DNA of 49,388 nucleotides. Source: a bacterium. GTDB taxonomy: Bacteria; UBA9089; UBA9088; JAGUXG01. The first letter of the stretch is position 1, and each line of letters opens with the position of its first letter. The position numbers were made by a program, and so were the translations under genes. Shown piece by piece: positions 9,276-18,035 of the stretch. The stretch is from positions 1 to 49,388 of the forward strand of contig JAZDOR010000010.1 of NCBI GenBank assembly GCA_043798435.1, given 5' to 3'. The notes beneath the pieces are model-generated. The model ran no database searches, was not told the DNA's origin, and saw only the letters and a list, made by a program, of their open reading frames with translations.

Positions 9276-11093
9276 CTACCTTTTTGCTTTGGCAGAACGC
9301 TTTCTATCGTTTTCGTCCAGAAGCCGCTTTCGGAGTCGGATAGAGAGGGGGGTGACCTCAACAAGTTCATCATCTGAGATAAACTCTATTGCCTGCTCAA
9401 GGGAGAGCGAGCGTGGAGGGGTGAGCTGAATATTTTCATCGCTGCTTGCGGCACGCATATTGGTCAGCTTCTTTGATTTAAGAGGGTTGACCACAAGGTC
9501 ATTCTCCCGTGAATGCTCTCCAATAATCATTCCACCGTAACATTTTACCCCTGGTCCGATAAAGAGCACCCCTCGCTCCTGAAGATTGAAGAGGCCATAA
9601 GCCACAGCGATACCCTGTTCCATTGCCAGCAAAACTCCTCGAGAGCGAGTCAGAATCTCGCCCTTGTATGGGCCGTAGCAATCAAAGACATGATGGAGAA
9701 CACCAGTTCCTCTTGTTTCAATAATAAGCTCAGACTGGAGACCAAACAGACCGCGGGAGGGGATTCTGTATTCAAACCTGGCTCTGCCATCCCTGCCGAT
9801 ATGATGATGGAGAATCTCACCCTTTCGCCTGCCAAGTTTTTCAATCACTATGCCCTGATAAACTTCCTCCACATCCACTGTTAAGAGCTCATATGGTTCA
9901 AGCCTCTCACCATTGATTTTTTTGAGAATTACATGCGGCTTAGAGACAGCGAGCTCATAGCCCTCCCTTCTCATATTTTCAATCAGTATAGAAAGGTGCA
10001 GCTCACCTCGTCCGGATACCTTAAAGATACCATTTTCCATCTCCTCAACCCGCAGGCTGACATTTGTTCTAATCTCCCGAAAGAGTCGTTCACGAAGATG
10101 ACGGCTGGTGAGATATTGCCCTTCAGTTCCAGCAAGCGGTGAGTTATTCACCATAAATTCCATTGTCATAGTTGGCTCACCGATATCTATCGGTGGAAGT
10201 GGCTGAGGATTCTCTAAATCAGCTATAGTTTCGCCAATCTCTATTCCCTCCAGACCCGCGATTGCCACTACATCACCCGCCTCTGCAGAATTAATATCTG
10301 TCCGCTCAAGCCCGTAGAATCCATACAGCTTTGTTACCTTGCCTTTTTCAATACTGCCGTCCCGCTTGATACGAACTATGGGGTTTCCGATATTCAGGAT
10401 ACCGTTTTCAATCTTTCCTATAGCTATACGACCCACATAGTTATCGTAGTCAAGCGTAGTCACTAACATTTGCAAGGGGAGACGAGAAGATCCAGATGGA
10501 GGGGGAATATGGGTTAAAATCATCTCAAAAAGTGGACTGAGGTTTTTCCCTGGGGTCTTGATGTTGCACATCGCATAGCCTTCCTTAGCTGAGGCATAAA
10601 TGATGGGAAAGTCAAGTTGCGTATCATTGGCACAAAGTTGAGCAAAGAGATCAAAGGTTTCCGACACGACCTCGTCAGGCCGAGCCTCCAGGCGATCTAC
10701 CTTGTTTATCACCACAATCGGACAGAAGCCAAGCTGAAGCGATTTAGCCAGGACAAATTTAGTCTGTGGCATCGGCCCATCCACAGCATCCACAAGAAGC
10801 AGAACCCCGTCAACCATCTTGAGAATCCGTTCCACCTCTCCGCTGAAATCCGCATGGCCTGGCGTGTCAACGATGTTTATTTTATGCCCCTGATAATGGA
10901 TAGCGGTATTTTTCGCCAGGATAGTAATCCCGCGTTCCCGTTCAAGATCATTAGAATCCATCACCCGCTCACAAACAGTCTGATGCTCACCAAAGGTGCC
11001 GCTCTGGCGAAGCAAGCCATCCACAAGCGTGGTCTTTCCATGATCTACATGCGAAATGATAGCGATGTTACGAATTTTTTTCTGAGTGCTCAT
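9276..11093 (-). CDS. typA: Translational GTPase TypA/BipA
   Basis: [27 protein letters not shown] and NKVDR G-motifs; EF-G-like domains; C-terminal [20 protein letters not shown]. The start is set at the internal ATG (11093) in front of the G1 motif. Confidence 0.93.
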   Translation of the reverse strand: MSTQKKIRNIAIISHVDHGKTTLVDGLLRQSGTFGEHQTVCERVMDSNDLERERGITILAKNTAIHYQGHKINIVDTPGHADFSGEVERILKMVDGVLLLVDAVDGPMPQTKFVLAKSLQLGFCPIVVINKVDRLEARPDEVVSETFDLFAQLCANDTQLDFPIIYASAKEGYAMCNIKTPGKNLSPLFEMILTHIPPPSGSSRLPLQMLVTTLDYDNYVGRIAIGKIENGILNIGNPIVRIKRDGSIEKGKVTKLYGFYGLERTDINSAEAGDVVAIAGLEGIEIGETIADLENPQPLPPIDIGEPTMTMEFMVNNSPLAGTEGQYLTSRHLRERLFREIRTNVSLRVEEMENGIFKVSGRGELHLSILIENMRREGYELAVSKPHVILKKINGERLEPYELLTVDVEEVYQGIVIEKLGRRKGEILHHHIGRDGRARFEYRIPSRGLFGLQSELIIETRGTGVLHHVFDCYGPYKGEILTRSRGVLLAMEQGIAVAYGLFNLQERGVLFIGPGVKCYGGMIIGEHSRENDLVVNPLKSKKLTNMRAASSDENIQLTPPRSLSLEQAIEFISDDELVEVTPLSIRLRKRLLDENDRKRSAKAKR

Positions 11094-11221
11094 GTTTATT
11101 TGTAATAGTTTTTCTTCTTGCAAGTCAATATCAATATAGCATCTTTGAGAGGATATATCAAGAAAAATCAACTCTTCTCCAAAATATTGACAAAGACAAA
11201 CCTTCCTAATATAATTGAGGC

Positions 11222-12808
11222 GTGAAGAGTAAGAAAGGTGTTAGAAAAAGATGGCTTCTTCCTTTATCATATATAACAGTTCTTTTAGGAGCATGCTTCT
11301 TTTCTCTGTTTCTCTTTTATTTCTACTGCCTCAACATCCCTCTTGCCACGCTTACAATCTCTACTATTACTATCTTCTCCTTCCTCTGGATAGGATTCTC
11401 CTGGTTGTTGGTTCGCTTCAGATTGACCAAAGACAGACTGAAAGAGGTTTTGATAAATAATGGCGTTAGCTATATTGTCTTCCTTCCTTTGTTGACCATC
11501 TTTTTGAAAGATATGGGTTTTTATAACCCCAATATCTGGCATGCCTTTCTGTTCATCATAGTCTTTGGTCTCTTTTTCTTTCTGAAGATGAGGCTCATTG
11601 ACTGGCAAGCAGAGAGAAAGATGTTTCCTATGAAATCCTCCATTATCCCTTTGGCTATATTGTCCTTCTTTATTCTATTTTATATCGCGGTATTTACTCT
11701 GCTCAATTTCTTGAGATATGATTGGCTGATGACTACCACTGACCTTGGTGCATGGAACCAGATATTCTGGAACACTATCAGAGGCAGGATTCTCCATTCA
11801 ACCTGGTATGGTCATAACTTTCTTGGAGAGCATATGTCTCCTATTCTTATACTTATTGCTCCTATCTATAGCCTGTGGCAAGACCCAAGAATGCTCTTAT
11901 TCTTCCAAACCTTCTTTACTGGTATTGCTGCTATTCCTATCTATCTGATAGCTTACCATAAGCTAAAAGACAGATTCCTTTCCTTAGTCTTTGCCTGTTG
12001 TTGGCTCCTCCATCCATTCCTCTCCCGGATAAATCTTTGTGGCTTCTATGAGGTCTCTTTGGCTCCATTTTTGCTCTCTCTTACCTTCCTTGCCTTAATC
12101 AAACAAAGGATTAAAACCTATTTTCTTCTTGCCTTCCTCTGTCTGATGATAAAAGAGGAGATGTCGCTCTTGATGGCATTCTTTGGGGTTTATATATTCC
12201 TTAGACATAATAAGAAGATAGGAATTATTACCATAGCAACAGCCCTTTTATGGGGGCTTATATCCCTTAAGTTACTCACACCAAACATCTCACCTGTATT
12301 AGGAGAAAAGGCAACATATCAACATATTGAAAGATACAGACACCTTGGAAAAAACCTTTCTGAGATAGCAGGGAATATCCTTTTTCATCCTATAGCTATT
12401 GGAAAGATTATTTTGGCTCCAGAAAAGATAATTACCATTATCCTCCTATTCCTTCCCTTTGGTTTTTTCTCCCTCTTTTCTCTCTCCTTTCTTCCCGGCA
12501 TGCCCATCCTTTTAATGCACCTTATTGCCTACTTTCCCATTCAATATAACCTTTTCTGGCACTACTCTGCCCCAATCCTACCATTTATGGCTATCTCTGC
12601 TATCTATGGATTTGCAAATATAGTAGAGAGACTCAAAAGATATAAAGTAGCGATTCCCCTTTCCATCTCTATCCTCATAATTTCCCTCTTCTCTAACCTG
12701 TATTTCAATAGATTTAGCTTCTCCTATAAACCCTTTCCTGAGAACCCAGAAAATTACAAGCCCGACATCCAGAGAACCTTTCTCTCTACCCCAGGGTATA
12801 TAGTATGA
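11222..12808 (+). CDS. Polytopic membrane protein, DUF2079-like
   Basis: About 14 hydrophobic segments. DLGAWNQIFWNT...GEHMSPILILIAPIYSLW resembles the DUF2079 core. Confidence 0.6.
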   Translation: MKSKKGVRKRWLLPLSYITVLLGACFFSLFLFYFYCLNIPLATLTISTITIFSFLWIGFSWLLVRFRLTKDRLKEVLINNGVSYIVFLPLLTIFLKDMGFYNPNIWHAFLFIIVFGLFFFLKMRLIDWQAERKMFPMKSSIIPLAILSFFILFYIAVFTLLNFLRYDWLMTTTDLGAWNQIFWNTIRGRILHSTWYGHNFLGEHMSPILILIAPIYSLWQDPRMLLFFQTFFTGIAAIPIYLIAYHKLKDRFLSLVFACCWLLHPFLSRINLCGFYEVSLAPFLLSLTFLALIKQRIKTYFLLAFLCLMIKEEMSLLMAFFGVYIFLRHNKKIGIITIATALLWGLISLKLLTPNISPVLGEKATYQHIERYRHLGKNLSEIAGNILFHPIAIGKIILAPEKIITIILLFLPFGFFSLFSLSFLPGMPILLMHLIAYFPIQYNLFWHYSAPILPFMAISAIYGFANIVERLKRYKVAIPLSISILIISLFSNLYFNRFSFSYKPFPENPENYKPDIQRTFLSTPGYIV

Positions 12809-13671
12809 GCGTAAAAGAGCGAGAAAGAATTAAGCTCTTCCATCTCTTAAAAGAGCTTATCCCAAGGGATGCAAGGGTTTCCTGTGGCGAATCCTGGGCA
12901 AGCCATCTTTCCAAAAGAAAGGACTTCTTTGAGTTTATAGAGGCAGGCGCACATTGGGATAAAGCCGATTATCTTCTTTTAGACTTATCAAGGAGGACAC
13001 CTGCTTTTGATCGTCTGCTTGGGTATCTTGATAATTTTGAGAAAGAAGGGAATTTCCGCAAGGTATTTGAAGAGACAGAGAACAATGACTTTACAATATG
13101 GGTAAGAAAAGGAAAAGAAGAAGAGATTCTTGAGGCTGCAAAGAGATTACTGAAAGAGAGACCAGATTCTCCTCATACCCACTTTATCCTCTCATCAATC
13201 TATTACCATCTTGGAAATTTGAAAGATAGCCAGAAAGAGGCAGAAAAGACAATAAGCCTTGACCCTAACTATTACAACCCGATGATCTATATCATACTTG
13301 GCGATACCTCCCTTTCATTAAAAGAGCAGGATAAAGCCTATCTTGCCTACAAGAAAGCAGCAAATATTGAGCCACTTAGGGTTTTGAATCTATTAAAAAT
13401 CAAAGAATTCTATGCCAGTCAAGGCTTATCTCAGAAGGTCAAAATAGTAGATATGGATATTGAGAGGATACTACTTGACTTTAGAAATAAAGCAGAAAAG
13501 AACCCTAAAGATATATGGCCAAAGAAGCAATTAGCCTTTATCTATGCCAACATTGGCCAATATAGAGAAGCTGTTGCTTTGCTAAAAGAGATTCTCTTAA
13601 TTGAGCCAAATGACCCTTGGTCAAGGCAGCTATTTATGCAACTGAAAGATTTTTCTGTTATACCAAAATAG
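12805..13671 (+). CDS. TPR-repeat protein
   Basis: ATGA overlap with the upstream membrane protein. TPR-like units are present (SIYYHLGNLKDSQKEAEKTISLDPN; AFIYANIGQYREAVALLKEILLIEPND). Confidence 0.6.
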   Translation: MSVKERERIKLFHLLKELIPRDARVSCGESWASHLSKRKDFFEFIEAGAHWDKADYLLLDLSRRTPAFDRLLGYLDNFEKEGNFRKVFEETENNDFTIWVRKGKEEEILEAAKRLLKERPDSPHTHFILSSIYYHLGNLKDSQKEAEKTISLDPNYYNPMIYIILGDTSLSLKEQDKAYLAYKKAANIEPLRVLNLLKIKEFYASQGLSQKVKIVDMDIERILLDFRNKAEKNPKDIWPKKQLAFIYANIGQYREAVALLKEILLIEPNDPWSRQLFMQLKDFSVIPK

Positions 13672-13956
13672 AAATGTCCTATTTTGTATTAGCTAATAAA
13701 GATCTTGAAGGTTTGTCTCTTGAACAATGAATTATTCCAATTGGGCCTTCTCTGGCAACTTTTTTGACCATTCTCCTTACCTGTCTCTCTGAGATACCGA
13801 GAATAGAAGCAGCCTTTCTTTGAGTTATCTGTTTTTCAATGACCTTTTCTACCACCCTTAATCTCTTTGCTTCCTTTACCCTACAGACAGCCTCCTTTTC
13901 CTTCATAATACCCCTCCTTTTTTGAGGGATATTTTATATCCTTGAATAGGACATTT
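13672..13956. mobile_element. 285-bp unit bounded by perfect 12-bp inverted repeats, containing a transposase-type HTH fragment
   Basis: aaatgtcctatt (13672-13683) is the exact reverse complement of aataggacattt (13945-13956). The inner ORF 13679-13906 (-) reads ITQRKAASILGISERQVRRMVKKVAREGPIGIIHCSRDKPS, like the N-terminal HTH of IS481/ISNCY-type transposases. There is no catalytic domain. Confidence 0.45.
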
Positions 13957-14008
13957 TTATTTGCGTATTACAAGAAAAAGATTTGTAACTGTCCCTTTTT
14001 TCAAAGCA

Positions 14009-14722
14009 TCAAAGTAGCTCTACATCTGAAAGCAGATGATACATCTTTCCTTCTGCTTCTACCACCAACCTTCCCTTCTCATCTATATCAGTAGCTTCAC
14101 CAATCAACCTTTGCTCATCTACCTTAAACTTCGCCTTTCTCCCCAAACTAAGACACCTTTTCTTTATCTCTGGCAGAAACTGTAGGCTGTCTTCTTGAAA
14201 ACCAATCCATGCCTTTTCTATCTCAGAAAGTAAGGCAGAGAATACCTTCTCCTTCTCCACCTCTTCTTTCAATTCTTCTTTGATAGAACCTGCACCCTCT
14301 GGTAGTAAATTCTTATCAACATTAAGGTTTAGACCAACCCCGATTATCAGCCATTCAACTGATTTCAGTCTTATATTACTTTCTATCAAGATTCCACAAA
14401 TCTTTTTCTCTTTCAGATAAAGGTCATTGGGCCATTTTATTGCACAATAAAGCCCTGTCTGGCTTTCAATCACCTTACTTATCACTAAGCCAATTATTAA
14501 AGAAAAGAGGGAGAGTTTATCGGGGTTAAGATTGGTTGGAAACAAGATTATTGAAAACCATAGACCACCCGGGGGTGAAACCCACTCCTTTACCCCCCTT
14601 CCACGACCAGCAGTTTGAAGATCAGAGATGATAACCTCTCCATTCTGACAACCTGAGGCAATAAGGGTGCGGGCTAAATCATTGGTTGAGCCTACTTGTG
14701 AAAGGCGGTGAATCTTTCTCAT
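14009..14722 (-). CDS. birA: Biotin-[acetyl-CoA-carboxylase] ligase (no N-terminal HTH)
   Basis: QTAGRGRGVKEWVSPPGGLWFS and KWPNDLYL..KKICGILIE motifs. Confidence 0.8.
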   Translation of the reverse strand: MRKIHRLSQVGSTNDLARTLIASGCQNGEVIISDLQTAGRGRGVKEWVSPPGGLWFSIILFPTNLNPDKLSLFSLIIGLVISKVIESQTGLYCAIKWPNDLYLKEKKICGILIESNIRLKSVEWLIIGVGLNLNVDKNLLPEGAGSIKEELKEEVEKEKVFSALLSEIEKAWIGFQEDSLQFLPEIKKRCLSLGRKAKFKVDEQRLIGEATDIDEKGRLVVEAEGKMYHLLSDVELL

Positions 14723-14860
14723 TCAGAGTAACTATTTACCGAGAGTGAAGCAGAAGATAATTGTTCACCTTTAGGGCACCGCTGAGAATTTACAAAATTT
14801 TTAAGTTTTTATTTCTCTGCGACCTCTGCGGTTAATCTCTTCTTCAGATGGGTAAAGATG

Positions 14861-16330
14861 TTACCATTCAGAACCTATGGTAACATCTTTTGTCTTAGAT
14901 GCTTCAGAAAGTGCAGATTCTGCCGTATCTATCAACTCTTTATGGTCGAGTATATCACTTGAAAGTGTGGCAATCCCACAGCTCACTGTATTTTTTGTCT
15001 CTTCTTTGACTTTTTCTCGTATCCTCTCAGAGAGGGCAAAAGCCTTCTCACGAGAAGCATTATAAGCCAGGATTAAGAAAATGCCCTCCTTATTGGCCAC
15101 AAGGTCCTCCCTTCTGGTGTGATAATTTATAATAAGCCCTGCCTTTTGAAGCAACCCGGAGTCTGGTTCTTCTATATCTAATTTCACCGCAATCACAGAT
15201 AGCCCCAAATTCAGCCTCCTCGCTCGCTCAATCTCTTTTCTAATCGCTTCTTCAAAGTAATAGAAGCTGAAAAGGGCGGTGAGCTTGTCAGTAACAGAGA
15301 GTCTGTCAATCTCAAAGGAGAGCCTCCTATTTTCTATAAGAAGCGAGGAGATATTGGCTATTATCCTGAAGAACTTCTGGTCATCATCTGAAAAGCTCCT
15401 CTTTTCTTTGCAGCAGGAGAGTATGGCGCCTATGGTGTTCTCCTTTATCTTTAATGGCAGCAAGATAAGGGAGGATACACCCATCTTCTTGTAGGCAAGA
15501 AGAAAATCCCTATCATCTTTTTCTATGTCGTGGACAAGCACTGCACAGTTATTCTTTATCAACAAGGCTGTCTCTGGATCCTGCTTGATAATATTATCGC
15601 CGGCTATTACCTTATGAAATCCCCTTTCAATCTCTGTTATCAGGTTTATCTCTGTCTTGAGATAGGAAGATACTGTCTTAAGAACCTTCGCCAGCTGGGA
15701 GGAAAAATCGCCAATCTCCTCAAGGTCAGTAGAGACATTATAAAACTCAGAAAGCCTCTTATTTTCCTCCTTGACCCTATTCAGCCTCTCCTGTAGCTCT
15801 GTCTGAAGCACAGAAGCCATTTCCTTCTCCTCAATAGCCTCTCTTTGGGTCAATCGTATCTCATTGGTAATAAAGGAGACCAGCCCTGCAATTCCAAGAA
15901 ATATGGGTATTCTCCCCAAAAGGCAGAGGATATCTTTCTCCCCTCCGGAGATAAAGAGCCAGACATATAAGAGGATTATGCCAATGGTAACAAGGAGTGT
16001 TGTCTTCGGTTGATAATAGCAGGAGGCAAAAATTATGGAAAGAAGGTAGAAGAGAAAGAATTGGCTTTGCATGCCACCTGTGGCAAATATAAGGGCGGTG
16101 ATAAAGACAATATCTAAGGTTGTCTCAGCATAAGCCCTTCTAAAATAGGTTATCTGATAGGGAATGAATCTGGCAATAAGGTTATAGACCGCCAGAATGA
16201 TAATGGGAATGAATAATTCAGGCTTTTTTAGCCAGTCTACCCTTGATAGCTCAAGCATCATCACGGCTATGATGAGCATCAACCAGCGTGATATAACGGT
16301 CACCTTTATAATTCTTTTACCAAAATCCAT
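14861..16330 (-). CDS. Membrane-anchored GAF protein with a degenerate GGDEF domain
   Basis: N-terminal TM helices, a coiled coil and a GAF-like region. The C-terminal GGDEF fold has the active-site motif replaced (ANKEGIF instead of RYGGDEF). Start chosen at ATG 16330, preceded by aaggagga. Confidence 0.7.
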   Translation of the reverse strand: MDFGKRIIKVTVISRWLMLIIAVMMLELSRVDWLKKPELFIPIIILAVYNLIARFIPYQITYFRRAYAETTLDIVFITALIFATGGMQSQFFLFYLLSIIFASCYYQPKTTLLVTIGIILLYVWLFISGGEKDILCLLGRIPIFLGIAGLVSFITNEIRLTQREAIEEKEMASVLQTELQERLNRVKEENKRLSEFYNVSTDLEEIGDFSSQLAKVLKTVSSYLKTEINLITEIERGFHKVIAGDNIIKQDPETALLIKNNCAVLVHDIEKDDRDFLLAYKKMGVSSLILLPLKIKENTIGAILSCCKEKRSFSDDDQKFFRIIANISSLLIENRRLSFEIDRLSVTDKLTALFSFYYFEEAIRKEIERARRLNLGLSVIAVKLDIEEPDSGLLQKAGLIINYHTRREDLVANKEGIFLILAYNASREKAFALSERIREKVKEETKNTVSCGIATLSSDILDHKELIDTAESALSEASKTKDVTIGSEW

Positions 16331-16367
16331 TTGTTCCTCCTTAAATGTAATCACTGCGATAGTGATA

Positions 16368-16558
16368 GTGTAAGAAAAGGGGATAAGGGGATTATTATAG
16401 AGAGATGGGGATAAAATTAAGAATTAAAAATGAATAATCTCCTTATCCCCCTTTTTACACTCTTGCTGTATAACCTGAACGGTTACTAAAAATAGCTATC
16501 AGCTTTCAGGTATTTTTATTGCCTGACTACTGATACCTGATACCTGAATGCTATTTAC
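16368..16558. repeat. Nested inverted-repeat element (GGGGATAAGG arms plus ACCTGAACGGTTAC terminus plus CTGATAC words)
   Basis: gtgtaagaaaaggggataagggga (16368-16391) against tccttatccccctttttacac (16440-16460). aacctgaacggttac lies at 16472-16486 and acctgaatgctatttac at 16541-16558. Confidence 0.8.
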
Positions 16559-16581
16559 TATACATTATTTCTCATCGGGTG

Positions 16582-17550
16582 TCAAGTCTGACAGATATAC
16601 CTTCTATCCTTTAAGTAGCCTACATAGTCAGAGACAGCATCAGAAAGGCTCAGGGGGGACTCGGTATAGCCTGCACCTCTAATCTTTGATATATCAGCCT
16701 CTGTGAAGTACTGGTATTGATCTTTTACCTCTTGTGGCATATCAATATATTCAATATCTGGCTCTATTTTTAAGGCATGAAAAAGGCTATGTGCCAAAGC
16801 ATTCCATGTCTCAGCACAGCCTGAACCAAGATTAAATATCCCGGATAAACCCAAATTTTCAAAGAAGAAGAGGGTCATCTTGACAGCATCTTTCACATAG
16901 AGAAAATCCCTCTTTTGCTCACCGTCTGCAATCCCCTCTCTATAAGACGAAAATAACCTGATTTTTCCTGTCTCTATTATCTGGCGGAATCCTCGCAAGA
17001 CCATACTCTGCATATTGCCTTTGTGATACTCATTTGGTCCAAATACATTAAAGTATTTCAGCCCAACTATCTTATCTAATAGGCATTCCTTCTTTGCCCA
17101 AAGGTCAAAAAGGTGCTTTGAGTAGCCGTATAGATTTAGTGGTCGCAGAAGGTGTAGCTTGCTTTCATCATCTGAAAATCCCAAACTTCCATCGCCATAA
17201 GTGGCTGCTGAGGAGGCATAAATAAACCTGATATTATGCAATAAGCAATGAACAGCAAGGGTTTTAGAGTATTCATAATTATTCTTAATAAGGTATTTTG
17301 CACAAGTAGCGGTAGTGTCAGAGCAGGCGCCCAAGTGGAATATAGCCTCTATTTTCTTGAAGTCACCCCTTCCTATCCTCTCTAAAAAATCATCCTTATC
17401 AATGTAGTCATAGAAGGCCAGACCTACTAAGTTTTTGTAGTTGCCGTTATCTAAGCTATCTACCACAAGGATTCTATCCTTTCCCCTTTGATTTAACTCC
17501 CAGATAAGAGAGCTTCCAATAAAACCTGCCCCACCTGTTATGATTAACAT
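16582..17550 (-). CDS. hldD: ADP-L-glycero-D-manno-heptose 6-epimerase
   Basis: MLIITGGAGFIGSSL Rossmann start, FHLGACSDTT, ASSAATYG, YGYSK and FNVFGPNE..KG, collinear with E. coli HldD/RfaD. Confidence 0.9.
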   Translation of the reverse strand: MLIITGGAGFIGSSLIWELNQRGKDRILVVDSLDNGNYKNLVGLAFYDYIDKDDFLERIGRGDFKKIEAIFHLGACSDTTATCAKYLIKNNYEYSKTLAVHCLLHNIRFIYASSAATYGDGSLGFSDDESKLHLLRPLNLYGYSKHLFDLWAKKECLLDKIVGLKYFNVFGPNEYHKGNMQSMVLRGFRQIIETGKIRLFSSYREGIADGEQKRDFLYVKDAVKMTLFFFENLGLSGIFNLGSGCAETWNALAHSLFHALKIEPDIEYIDMPQEVKDQYQYFTEADISKIRGAGYTESPLSLSDAVSDYVGYLKDRRYICQT

Positions 17551-17615
17551 AGAAATTAAATAGCACTCAGCTGTCAGCGTTCAGCCAAAAAATATCTGAA
17601 AGCTGATTAGTCAGT

Positions 17616-17759
17616 AAGTAAAAATAACTTCTACATCTTGCTTGTCTTTTGCTCCGTCTTCTGCGTTGTGCCAAAGGTTACATAGCGTTGCTATGCGCCC
17701 TTTGGCACGCCTTGAATACGAAACAAAATCCTACGCAATATATGGAAGTTATTTTTACT
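17616..17759 (-). other. Long (~144 nt) imperfect hairpin in the hldD-upstream intergenic region
   Basis: The outer stem is agtaaaaataacttc/gaagttatttttact (15 bp, perfect). The apical stem is gtgccaaagg/cctttggcac (10 bp), enclosing catagc/gctatg. Several C-A mismatches on the plus strand become G-U on the minus-strand RNA. Confidence 0.5.
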
Positions 17760-17788
17760 CACTTCCTTACCAATAGCTGAAGATTTTT

Positions 17789-17860
17789 CTGATACCTGAT
17801 ACCTTTTTTAGGTTTCAGGCTTCAGGTATCAGGTTTCAGGTATTCTATTGACCTGATACC
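17789..17860. repeat. CTGATAC heptamer-word hairpin
   Basis: ctgatacctgatacc ... ggtttcaggcttcaggtatcaggtttcaggtat ... cctgatacc. Confidence 0.8.
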
Positions 17861-18035
17861 TATCATTATACCTATCCTTTGGCAAAATACTCAAGTAGAT
17901 TTCTAATCCTCTGAAAGGCTTGATTAAAGACTGATTGCTTTCTTGTTCAGGAAGAATTCTTTATAATCTGATATTGGCTTATCCTTAGGATTCTTCACAC
18001 CCCAGATTATAACCCAAACCCTTTCTGGGAGTCAA

